The notes beneath the pieces were generated by a model that was given only the letters and a program-made list of their open reading frames with translations, ran no database searches and had not been told where the DNA came from. This document shows positions 22,601 through 33,576 of a stretch of DNA of 64,000 bases, in pieces (within the stretch, counting starts at the first letter, position 1; every line of letters starts with the position of its first letter). The stretch spans positions 682,001-746,000 of the forward strand of contig OX337233.1 in assembly GCA_946965045.2 (NCBI GenBank). The letters are read 5' to 3'. The position numbers and the translations under genes were made by a program. This stretch comes from Epithemia pelagica (lineage: Eukaryota; Protista; Bacillariophyta).

Positions 22601-22849
22601 GTCATCTTGCACTATGCTTACTTTAGTTCCTGGATATAGAAAAGTGGAACGACAATGACAGGTAACGAAGCGAAGCACTCCAGAGGAGATTTTTTCGAGG
22701 CCTTCACATTGACTGAAATCCGATAAAATAACACAGCTTCACCAGGACAATGTGCTTCTCTCTTTCTGCTGCTTAATCGGATTTGGTCAGCTCTATGTTT
22801 ACATTTCCACCATCACTGGATGCAACAACGACTTTCCGATATCAATAGT

Positions 22850-23200
22850 ACTACTAGTGGTCCCCTTTGATGTTTTGTGCTAATGATTTTTCCATGGCTT
22901 GTTTCAAGAATGGCGGTGCCACCTGGGGAGCCGTTTCTCCTTGGTGGCAGTATGAGGTCCACCAATGCGGTTCAATGACACAAGGCCTGCGACGGCAATT
23001 CCCGAATGACAATATCAACGGTTGGACTCGTCATGTTGAGGTCGTCGTGGGATCGGTTGTGGTCCATTCAAGGATTGGTTCCTTTTGTCCTCAACCAAAA
23101 TTGACGCATGCATTGTGGAGTGTGGTTTGATTTTGAATGGGCCACACAATTCAAACAAAGATGATGGTGATGACGACGACGACGGTGTCATTCTTAGCGA
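22850..23200 (-). pseudogene. Deletion remnant of the LRR/ankyrin gene (unit 2)
   Basis: Blocks matching 16525-16600 (TACTAGTGGTCCC...GGCGGTGC), about 18610-18650 and 19235-19330 are joined together. Confidence 0.7.
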
Positions 23201-23569
23201 TATGCAGGATCGTTCGTGTTTCGTGTCCGCTCTTTCTTGGTTCTTGGGGAAACAAATTTTGTGAGCAAAAAGAAATTGGAGTGCGCGCGCCCGATCGAGA
23301 ACCCCTAAAGTCGTGGTCCCATTATCACAAGCGGGAGTCAAGTACACGATCCATTCCCGGATCAACTCACGTAAATCGCAAATGAATCCTCGTCCATTCT
23401 TATCGCATCAAAGTCTCATTGCTTCTGTGTGCTCTTACGAATCGACTCATTATTCGAGAGGCGTACAAAACAAACAACGGCCCGAGAGCCCGAGACTCGC
23501 AGACGTTTTTCCTAGGAAGAAAGCATAAAAGGTCATTGCACAAAACAAGCAAACACACATCAAGAGATC

Positions 23570-25639
23570 ATGGCGGATCAGCAAGAGTCACCATTGGAAG
23601 CACGGCTTGAGAAGGCTCGCAACGACGAGTTGAGTCTAGAAGCACTCTCCGAGCTTTCCGATGCATTGGCAGATGCCGGTCGCTTTCGTGAGGCCTATGA
23701 AGTTTTGCAAAAGGAATTAGCTGCGTTGGAACAAGAAAGAGCTGCGTTGGAGCAACGGGCAGCTGCGGCGAAGCAAGAAAGAGCTGCGTTGGAGCAACGG
23801 GCAGCTGCGGCGAAGCAAGAGAGAGCTGCGTTGGAGCAACGGGAAGCTGCGTTGGAGCAAGAGAGAGCTGCGTTGGAGCAAGAGAGAGCTGCGGCAAAAG
23901 CGTGGCTCCATGAACGCCGATTTGGCTTCCAAAAGGCCATTCAACATGTGTATTTTCGCAACCATGACGCAGCATTGCCAGAGTTGGCGTTGAACAGCAG
24001 CGTGGAACCAAGCATGGGACGTTTCAACGGGAGGAACATGAATCCGCAGAAGGCGTCCTACCTCGCTCACACCATTTCCGTTAGTAATCTGTGGAACGAC
24101 GACGACATGGTGGTACCAACGTACTTTATCCCCGCGCCTGGTGAAGACCGTGCCCTCATTTTTAGTGGTTTCAATCCCCAACACTTTCCACTCAAGTATC
24201 ACAATGAACTCGAAGTTCTGGTTCATGTTCGTTTGCTCGTCGAGGATGCCATTGTCTGTATCGGCTGTCGGACACTACTCGATTTGTACATGGAGAGTTC
24301 CTTTTATGGTATGTCTCCAGACATGATCCTCCTCCGCCATGAGCGCACCCGTCAAATCGTCTTTGTGATTCAAGTCAAGTCTCCCAATCGACCGGGAACC
24401 GGCGACAATGTGTTGGAAGATCTAGTGGTGGGTGGACAACTCTGGTTGTACTTAATGTCCATGAAGCAATCGGGTGTCAAAAAACCAATGGGGGCCATTT
24501 GTACGTTTAATGCGCTACGACTGGTCTCCTTGGACTCCTTTGAGACGCACATGTTTGACGATGCGAAACAAAAACTCAAGACGACAACGGTAGATATATG
24601 GCCAAAGGAACAATCTGACAGGAAGAAACAGGCATCAAGTCCGGATTCGAAGAAGGAGATTGCATCGGAGAAAAGCAAGGAGTTGATTGTCAATGATCCC
24701 CCTGATTCGTTTAACACGCAAGTTTGCGATGGAGTAGAAGTAAATGTCTTGCATCCTTTGTTGTATGGGAGCGAGACTGTACAGGACGGCACTGTCTTCC
24801 GCATGCTGTTGCTAGCATTGACGACAGCAATGTTGGAAAACGACCAAGAAGGCGCTTCTTGTGAAATGATGACGGAGGTCCAGAAAGGCAATGACATTGG
24901 AAGCCGTCTCTTTGCCTTTGCCAAGCCAGACATGCTTGGGTTTGCCAGGGCACCCCCAAAACTTGTCGTGCAAGCAGAACATCCTCACACGGCGGAAAAC
25001 TTTTTCATACTCGATATCTTTGGTCCAGAAACGCAAGGTGAAGTGCGATTGATTGTGAGCACGGCAGGGATGCCTGCGGCCCTCAAGTTTTACCGCTTCA
25101 AGCCATCACGTTTGGCGACAGCCGATGAGCGAAAACAGGACAATGAAAGCCGATTCGAAGAGGTGGAGAAGGCTCGGGAGAAGGAGTGGGACTTGTGGCA
25201 AATTTTGTATCACGATCGAGGGGCTCGAAAAATTACACTGGGAGGGTTTCCATGTTTGCTCATGCCCTATGGAACTCAGATCCCCATGCAAGACCGAAGC
25301 GCATCCCTGAGCTATATCGAAAGCGAGCTTATCAGGTTTCGCCAGAAAGGGTTTTCCTACCCAGAAACGAACTTGGATTGGCACCATGTGTTCAAGGATA
25401 TGCATGGAACGCTCTTTTTATCGAACCTCGGTTCTCTGGAACCAGTACCAGATGGAGAGGACTGCTCGGACACTGTGCAACAACACTTGCAACGCCTGAA
25501 GGTGGATGCAACGCCGGCGGATGCGGTAGCATCGTCCATTGGAACTGTTGCGGGGAGCAGTCCAACCAAGCGAAGCGCTTCCGGAGGTGAATCGACGCCT
25601 ACCCAGCGTCTGAAATCCAATGAAACGACACAGATGTAA
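23570..25639 (+). CDS. CR-effector-like REase+kinase, copy 2 (pseudo-enzyme)
   Basis: Highly similar to copy 1 with one extra heptad repeat. IQVK, ETNLDWHHV (catalytic Asp to Asn), LSNLGS. Confidence 0.78.
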   Translation: MADQQESPLEARLEKARNDELSLEALSELSDALADAGRFREAYEVLQKELAALEQERAALEQRAAAAKQERAALEQRAAAAKQERAALEQREAALEQERAALEQERAAAKAWLHERRFGFQKAIQHVYFRNHDAALPELALNSSVEPSMGRFNGRNMNPQKASYLAHTISVSNLWNDDDMVVPTYFIPAPGEDRALIFSGFNPQHFPLKYHNELEVLVHVRLLVEDAIVCIGCRTLLDLYMESSFYGMSPDMILLRHERTRQIVFVIQVKSPNRPGTGDNVLEDLVVGGQLWLYLMSMKQSGVKKPMGAICTFNALRLVSLDSFETHMFDDAKQKLKTTTVDIWPKEQSDRKKQASSPDSKKEIASEKSKELIVNDPPDSFNTQVCDGVEVNVLHPLLYGSETVQDGTVFRMLLLALTTAMLENDQEGASCEMMTEVQKGNDIGSRLFAFAKPDMLGFARAPPKLVVQAEHPHTAENFFILDIFGPETQGEVRLIVSTAGMPAALKFYRFKPSRLATADERKQDNESRFEEVEKAREKEWDLWQILYHDRGARKITLGGFPCLLMPYGTQIPMQDRSASLSYIESELIRFRQKGFSYPETNLDWHHVFKDMHGTLFLSNLGSLEPVPDGEDCSDTVQQHLQRLKVDATPADAVASSIGTVAGSSPTKRSASGGESTPTQRLKSNETTQM

Positions 25640-26049
25640 CAGGAGAAACTCTGTGTTGTTTCATTGGATTTCAGTCGCGGTATCCGTGGAATGTCACCTT
25701 GTTGGAAAGTTTGTAGGTACTACGATTTGGATATCGTGGCTCGAGGCTTTGCCCATCATGAACGCTTATTTGCAACACATTCAATGTCAACCCTATTTCT
25801 CACCTTGTTCTTGCGTCGCTATCCACATGCGAAGCCAGGTTCCTGTCGGGAGGGTTTTTAATTCGAGAAGAGAAAAATGATTCGGTAATTCAGACTATAA
25901 ATGTGGTACCCACAGGTATTAACTAATCGAAAAAACATTCAATCTTGTGTGCAGGATCTCGCGAAATGACGTATTCCAAGTCCTAGGTTCGAAGGAGTGG
26001 GGTATTCATTGACTGGGACTTGTCCCTCTGCTGTTGCTTTTTCGTTTGT

Positions 26050-26150
26050 TGAAAGGAATTTTGTGAGCCAATCCACAAAAAAAGAACCCGTTCTTTTCGG
26101 AGCGCGCGCGCCCCATCCTACGTTTGTGGAAAGGTCGTGGTCCCACGTAA
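26050..26150 (+). promoter_or_regulatory. Copy of the conserved upstream module of the kinase units (GAGCGCGCGCGCCC...GTCGTGGTCCCA)
   Basis: Matches about 19395-19470 and 23260-23325, but here it precedes an unrelated gene. Confidence 0.45.
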
Positions 26151-26708
26151 ATCTTTATCTCTTTGAGACGCCCAAGACGTTTGGTCCTGATTTGATCCCG
26201 AACACTACCGAATGACGCATGGACACGAACGTGCAGCCGTGTCAGAAGGCAGATGCCCGGGGGTGTCATTGGAACCACTGACGTAGTAGACACGACACCA
26301 TCTTTGGTTGGTCGGGTTCCAATGACAGTTTGTCGCACAAGCTGTCTGCAGTTTCGGACAACATGTTGTATGGTCCCCATTCGGTACACAATGACCCACA
26401 GTCGTGTGTGGACGGCGCTGCAGTTGCACCGCACTGCCATTGTATTCCGGCCTGTTTGGCAGGAACGAACAAAGACGTACCACACAAACGCAGTCGTACC
26501 ACGGTGTCTCCACCAATCATCTCATCGTAGAGAGTCACACGACACAAAAAACACGCTCAGCTTCCTTTTTTTTGTCACGCTCGTTGCTTCCTTCGCCCTT
26601 TTGCATCTCACAAAACAGACAGCGTGTCAAACACAACCACAACAAACAAACCAAACCGTGTGTCTTTCTTGTCCTTGTTCCACAATATAACAACACAAAC
26701 CTCCGACC

Positions 26709-27302
26709 ATGCCCATTTCCTCTCGTCGATTGTTGCGCCAACGGTCCATTCGTTTGAGTGCCGCCACACACCAAGAACAAGGTGTGCTCCCCGAGCCACA
26801 CACTTCCCCCCAACACTTGCAATCTTCGTCTTCCCCGTCGTCGTCCTCCTTTTCCCTCTCGACGGACGAATCCTCCACCATTGCCGTCCAATCCACCCCT
26901 ACGACCAAACAACAACAACCACAAACCAAGAAGAAGCACGTGTCGTTTGATCAAGTGCACGTCCGATCCTACAGTTTGGTCATGGGCGATCATCCCTATT
27001 GTGCCACGGGATGTCCTCTCAGTTTGGATTGGACCTATCAACCCCAAGTGTCGCAATCCCTGTACGACTATGAATTGCAGCACGAACGCCGTGGATTGGT
27101 CCGATCCACCTGTCACGAACGACATGCCCGCTTGTTGGACCAACAACAACAACACCAAAACAACGACGCGGAACAACGAGACGACGATTCCCCCACGGCA
27201 GTGGTCGACTCTCGACAGTTGCGACATGCCTGTCGACGACAAGCGCGCTGTCGCGATCGACGCATTCAACAAGCCGAACAAGTGGCCTTTTTTCAGCATT
27301 GA
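26709..27302 (+). CDS. Hypothetical protein with an RVxF-like motif and GDHPxC...PLSLDW motif
   Basis: KHVSFDQVHVRSYSLVMGDHPYCATGCPLSLDWTY; paralog of the 8601 gene. Confidence 0.65.
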   Translation: MPISSRRLLRQRSIRLSAATHQEQGVLPEPHTSPQHLQSSSSPSSSSFSLSTDESSTIAVQSTPTTKQQQPQTKKKHVSFDQVHVRSYSLVMGDHPYCATGCPLSLDWTYQPQVSQSLYDYELQHERRGLVRSTCHERHARLLDQQQQHQNNDAEQRDDDSPTAVVDSRQLRHACRRQARCRDRRIQQAEQVAFFQH

Positions 27303-28849
27303 TTGCCGCATAGTTTCTAGTCATATTGTATAAATTGTACAAAGGTATCCTACATGGCCATTCGCTTTGGGACGCGTGAATCGCTGGTGCGTCGCTTCTA
27401 CGAGGATGGATCCGGGAACTCTTGGGCCTTTTTCGTCTACGAGTAAGATACAAATGACCCTGCACGAGGGCTTTTACGATTGCCCGTTGCACTCCCCGTT
27501 CGTGGAGTCCGTGACCGGAAAATTACATCTGCCGGCCATTGTCTCGAGAGAATGACCGAACATACCAGCCGCCGAATGAAGTTGGAACTTGGGGGTCCGA
27601 CCGGGAACGAGGCAATTGCAGTCTCATCCACGAAATGGATTCAGCGAGCCAGGCAATAACGTTCCAGATTCAAATAAGGTTTCAAACATATAAGCCAAGG
27701 AAAACAATTATAAGCCCTCCTTTCAAGGGCGTATCAAAGTGTTATTGGATATCTTCGAACCAACTGAGTTTTGGGGAGCGAGAAAGGTCCACGCTCCACG
27801 GCAGAGGCGGCGAGAATTCTTTCGCTCCACACCACACACCACACACCACACACACCCTCAACGAGAAGCATCCCTCCGTTTTGGGTTTGGGGTGTCGTCG
27901 TTCCACAACGTGGCCCCTTGTCCTTGTCAACCCAACTGTCTCACTCTCCATTGTCCATCCACAGCGTTCTTGATCCACGCTCCATTTGGTCGAACCGGAT
28001 CGATTTGGTTGTTTCTGGATTGCGGACTGATTGATCGAAACGGTTCACTCCAATCCACGTCCCTCCGCACACTCACGGGAACAACGACTCGAACAGTTTC
28101 ACGCTCTCACGTGGTGGAACAACAGCGTTCCACAAACGACCGGTCCCCTACTTTCTCACGTTCGAGTATCAGTGGGAACGCCTCCTTCCAAACCGTCTTG
28201 TCGAGTCGGAACATTACGTCCCCCCCAAAAAGCCTTGTGACAGCGACTCCCAAACGACAAGGATCGATTGTGGACCACAACTGACAACGCTCCAAGCCCG
28301 CAAATCATTCCAACCGAGACGATATCCCAATTGACAACAACAACACACTCAACAGGTAGGTTTCGAAAAAGGAGGACAGATCATGAGTTGCAGAATTGTT
28401 ATCGCGCTGCGACGGCAAGAAATTCTCTTATGGCGGAGAGAGCGTTTGGGAATATCCAAACGAATGAAGCGCCTGTTGACACGCAGCAAAATGGCCATGG
28501 GCGAATATAGTTGGGGCTAGAGGGTTGTTGTGGTTGTGGTTGTTTGGATTGTCATGAGTCGACCTGGCCTGGAGGACGTTCCATCCAACGATGGAACCCC
28601 AAATTTTGTGTGAATCGTGTGACGAGTGGGGACGAAAAATTTGTGGTCCCCAAAAATGTTGCTCACGCCAAAGTCTCTTCCCGTCGTTGTTGGTTTGTTC
28701 CAGTCTTGTTGTTGTTGTTGTCGTTTGTTCCGATTTCCGATACTCCGCTTCAGGACGAATTGGTTTCGTAACCAAAATTCTGGGACAGTTTCACAAACCC
28801 TTGGATTGCAACAATCACCAACCAACGCCATTGTGAAAAAAAAACGACC

Positions 28850-29704
28850 ATGGCACCGCAAGAACGCTACACGACAACCACACGGACGACGCGCACCCGG
28901 CGGCAACGGCCCCTGCTGCATGCGTCCTTTTCGGAATACGATGAGTCGAGTGATTCCTTTCAACCGGACGAACAAGACAAGGCCATGGTGGTGTGTACGC
29001 CCGCCAAGGAACCCACCTTTTTGCCTCGCACTACGACTGGCTTGTCGTTGGTGGAGTTGGCCCGGGCCGAAATTCAGGAATTGCGGCACCGCCAAGCCGT
29101 CCATGCTGCGCACTTGGTGTCGTCGTCGTCCTCTCAACCCCGTATTCCCCCTCCCTCCTATTTGGGTCGATTTCCGACGGCTTGTGCCGCCTTGGTCCAA
29201 AGCATGCCCGGCAATCACTGCTGTGTCGATTGTGGCGCGCGACACCCGACGTGGGCGGCGGTCAGTTATGGCGCTCTCTTGTGTTTGCACTGCAGTGGCC
29301 ATCATCGATCCCTCGGCGTGCGCGTGTCGTCCGTCTGTTCCCTCGACCTGGATCATGTCAGTGTCCAGCAAGTCCTGTCCTTGTTGGAAGGTGGCAATGA
29401 TCAATGGCGCGCCTTTTTGGAACGACACTTGTTGACCCCCGAAACGTTGCCGCCCCAATCGTCGTCGCGGTTGACGGCCGAAACCGTCGTTCGACTCCGG
29501 TACAAGACCAAGGCGGCCCTCTTTTATCGACAACAATTGCAATTGCATGTTCAAGGCATTTTGCAACACGAGGGACCCTATCAAGGACGACGACGACAAC
29601 CACAAGGACCACCACATGTGGAACCAAGTAGTAGTAGTGCTACGGCCCGTCCGTCACCCGAACGACGAACGCCTCCCGGTCGCTCGGTATCGCAACAGTG
29701 TTGA
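28850..29704 (+). CDS. ArfGAP-domain protein
   Basis: CVDCGARHPTWAAVSYGALLCLHCSGHHRSLG: CxxC-x16-CxxC zinc finger with the catalytic Arg; also GGNDQWRAFL and YKTKAALFYRQQL. Confidence 0.9.
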   Translation: MAPQERYTTTTRTTRTRRQRPLLHASFSEYDESSDSFQPDEQDKAMVVCTPAKEPTFLPRTTTGLSLVELARAEIQELRHRQAVHAAHLVSSSSSQPRIPPPSYLGRFPTACAALVQSMPGNHCCVDCGARHPTWAAVSYGALLCLHCSGHHRSLGVRVSSVCSLDLDHVSVQQVLSLLEGGNDQWRAFLERHLLTPETLPPQSSSRLTAETVVRLRYKTKAALFYRQQLQLHVQGILQHEGPYQGRRRQPQGPPHVEPSSSSATARPSPERRTPPGRSVSQQC

Positions 29705-32105
29705 GTGTGCCTGCTACAATTGTGTTGTCGTTGTTGTACACGTGTGATTCTTGTGATTGTGAATGTCATTTTGTGTGCTACCTTGGAATGAAAGAGTGTG
29801 TGTCCTGGAAGAGTGTTATAGGAGGGGAATATGCTACTACTAGAAACATAAAAGATAATACAAATGCTCCATCGTCTAGCCTGTAGTACGTTGTACGATG
29901 AAAGTCCGAAACTGGAACGCTTTCCATGTCAAGTTATGATAGCACAATCCTCTGGAACGAACGTTTGCGAATCATTCGCAAAACACGATTTGCGGGTAGT
30001 CGTTCGCTCCACAACAACAACAACAACAAGATCTATTTGTGCTTTCTTGGGATGGAGCAACTCCCTCTTGTGTGGGGCTCTTTCTTTGCATGTCTGGAGA
30101 AACGGTGGAACTAGTACGAGCTAGAGATCAGCGTCCCAGTATTCGCAGCTTTGTGGTAAGGAAGAGAAACACTCTAGCAGGCAGTGTTTGCGGAACGTAC
30201 CCTACCTACCCAAGTTCTCTCGTTTGCTCTTTCGATCATTCTATTATATCATGGATCTCACAGTGGAGTGACCTCTCCCCCCCCCCCCAAATACTAGGTA
30301 GGTAGAGAGGTAGGGGATAGGGATAGGGGGAAACTCGTGTATGACGCACGACCAGGGAACCAATTCCATCCTCTTCTGTCATCGTGTTGGTCTTGAGAAT
30401 CTCGTTCAATGGTACGAGTCCGTACTCGTAGAGTCTTACTCGTACTTGTACTTGTGTACTCGTACGAGTAGAAAAGAGTCATTGAGACATTCCAAGACAG
30501 AGAGTTGAACTTTTTTACTTATGCTGGTCATTGTCCCAATGGGACTACGAACGAGTACTCGTACGCACTACCATCCATCGCCAACATCGGTTCATGCAGA
30601 ATTTGGGGGTCTTCCTCTCACAAAATCTCTACATTAGGACCTCTCTCTCTCTCTCTCTCTCTCTCTTTGGGCGAGAAGCCATTATTTTGTATGGACGCTT
30701 CCGGGAATCGAAACGAGCAAAAAGTCGTGTAAATGATGGTTCCGAACCACCACGAATCGAGCTGCTCCTCGTGAGAATGTTACACACAATGCTGTATGGC
30801 TCCATCCTGGAATCCTAATCCTCCTTCTTCCATCCCAGTGGGCTCCGAATGATGGGTGGCATCCTTGAGTAGTACCGGAATGAACACCATGTTCTAGGGA
30901 GGCAACCATGCGTCCACGGAGAGGAGTGGGGAGATAGATATCTCCACATTTCCACCAGGATTCTCTCTACAAGTCCGTACTGCTTTTCTGGTGCATCCAC
31001 CCAACGTGGAAAGACCGCAACAAAACTGGACCGCCGTGAATGGAATCCATCGATGTAGGAGACACATTGGTGAGCGATTGGCTGTGATCGAAAACAACAA
31101 GGCCGTGGTGGAGGAATACATGTGATCAACAACCAGGAGGACAAGGAATCCATCGACCGCATGTGGAATGGAATGGGAACTACCTAGCTATGTACTAGGT
31201 TTGTTGGCTGGACGAACATGACATGATTGGGATTGCAATGATTCGGTAGTATCATCAACAGGAGGAAACCATGGCCCCTTTTCTATTGGACGAGGTATTC
31301 CATGGACGATCTATCTCGCGGTCCGTTGGTGCTGCGGTTCATCGTCTCGACCCATCACCTTGGAGGAGGAGATTCGCGCTCTTGTGCTCAGTCTTTCCAA
31401 GACTCCATCGGGCCGTTGGTGGGGAGTCGGACCACCATCTGGCGGCACGAGTTCGCTCGAACCCCTTCGTCGTGATCGCCGGCCGGAAACGAATCCGACA
31501 TGACTCGCAGATGTCGTCTTCTCTGGTATTCCTTAGGTTCGTCGGCTTGCCCGGCGCGGTACTGTTGGAGGGAGACTCTCGTCCACCTTGAACGTTTCGG
31601 ATTGGTCGGGACCTGACGTTGCAACGTCACCAGCTGTCACCCAAACACCTTTGTGTCGGTTTCTTACAAGAGTGTTCTTTGTAATAAGTATAATCCGTCT
31701 TGTTGGCTGAGGTCAGCTCCATCCGGTACTTGGATCTGCGCCACGTGGTGGAATGGACCAATGGGACGGGGGGTGGAACCATTGCCTCCAAGCGTTGGGG
31801 TGTTGGGGAACAAGGAAGATAGAGTATAGATATAAACTATACAACTATAGTGTTTTTTGTACTGTTCGGGTGCAACGTAGACCCCATGGCGTATTGTATG
31901 GTACGAGTGCGTGTGTGTGTGTTTGCACCAAAGCTACTACAACATTATGGCAGGTTTTACGATTGGCCCCACAAATTGGTTCCAACAAATTGATTGGTTT
32001 GATACCATTGCTCTCTTCTTGCAGTAGTATCCAGAGCAAAGAGCCTCTTTTTTGGATCATTGTATTGTCCCCATTCGTCGCTGAAAGCAACCAACGAGTG
32101 ACACC

Positions 32106-32924
32106 ATGGACTACATTACCAATACAATCTTGTCGTCTTCCGGCATGGAGGCTCCCTTTTGGATCAAGGCCCGGCACCAAGTCATGAAACAACGACTTGT
32201 CCAAGGCTCATCCAAGCACTGGAAGAATGAAGTGCAGGTTCTGCCCGCACTGCGAAACAGAACGACCAGCAATGAGTCATCCTCTTGTTTGTTGGACATT
32301 CCTCCCATTTCGTCCTTGGTCTTGGAGGATTTGCCCCCCTCGCCACGCTCGCCTCGAAAACGAGTGGTGAAGGACCGTACGGACGATCACACGTTGGAAA
32401 CGGTCAATTCGGACGAGGATGAATCCTCCCTTTCCTTTTCCAGTTCCTCCAACAATTTGTCGGTATCCTTTGCCGAACCCTTGGTCACGGCCGTGTGGTA
32501 TCGTCCCATGGTGGAAACGTTGGAGGAGAAGGACTCGTTGTTTTATGGGGAGGAGGATTATCACGCCTTTCGGCAAGACTTTTGCCGTGTCCAACGCGCC
32601 TTTTGGAGACGACGGCAACGACAGCAATTGCAGTCGCAACCACAGCAGCAACAACGGCGCGTGCAGTTTCCGCGCGACAGTGTCGTGACCCAGGTGCACG
32701 AATACACTGTGCCGTCACCACACAACAAGCACGACTTGTTTTATTCCGAACAAGATTTGGAGCGGTACGTAAAACACAATGAGAGTTTGTAGAACTTTCG
32801 TCATTAAGAGTCCTGACATGTCTTTTTCTTGGTTCGTTTCAGATTTTTGGACGACTTTGTCACTTCCTTGAACGGAGTGTTGGTTGTTTCCGAACCCGCA
32901 CAACCACAATCCTCGACTGCCTAG
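32106..32924 (+). CDS. Hypothetical protein with two VxF modules; predicted intron 32765-32842
   Basis: VSFAEPLVT...SLFYGEEDY and RVQFPRDSVVT...DLFYSEQDL. The GTACGT...TTTCAG intron gives an in-frame last exon FLDDFVTSL...*. Confidence 0.6.
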
Positions 32925-33576
32925 CCAGGGATTGTGGTTTGGGGCTGGAGCGCCGGGAGGCTGCGCCGCCACCAATTTTGAACCCACTTATTGTTGCTAT
33001 CTCCTCATGCGTGTGAATACGCATTCTCACTCGTGTGTCTGTCCTGTCCCATTAGTATAGTAGAGTATGAAACAATAACTTAACGCGCTAATACTATCAT
33101 TGTTTCCCTCGAACTACTGCTGTCATTGATGGATCCACCATGCATTTTGTACTAGATCTCAATAGTTATGAGAAACAGTTAGGTCGTTGGCATCCTACCT
33201 CTCTATCTAAGAGCTACATAGGTACAGATAGTGTGCCTAGAAAAGCATGCGGACAAGACAGTATTGGCGGCACGCGTTTGTTGGAGCGCTACAACCTGCC
33301 GAGCTTTTGTGGCATTTGCCATGGTGACGAAACGCCCAAGAAGTTCATTGTACTACTCCTAGAATGAACCTTTTGTACCTACTAGATTTACTGAAGAAAT
33401 AAGCTATTAGTAGAGTGACGGAAATCCTAGCAACCAATAGAACCTACTCCATAAAAGACGGTATATATCCAGCAAGGAAAGAACATTGGAAACTCGCATC
33501 CAGTGATGGTGGTAATGGTAACAAAGAACTGACCAAATCCTGTTCAGCAGCAGAAAGAGACAAACACATTCTCGTG

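Noticed and set aside
28517-29617. 366-aa minus-strand ORF
   Set aside because: Antisense to the clear ArfGAP gene; no motifs.
30290-30670. TAGGTA runs, TACGAGTA/TACTCGTA palindromes and a (CT)n tract; considered as a CRISPR-like or MITE array
   Set aside because: No constant repeat with regular unique spacers and no defined TIR/TSD; looks like simple intergenic low-complexity DNA.
30600-31630. Fragmentary minus-strand ORFs
   Set aside because: Short, frame-broken and without a recognisable domain.
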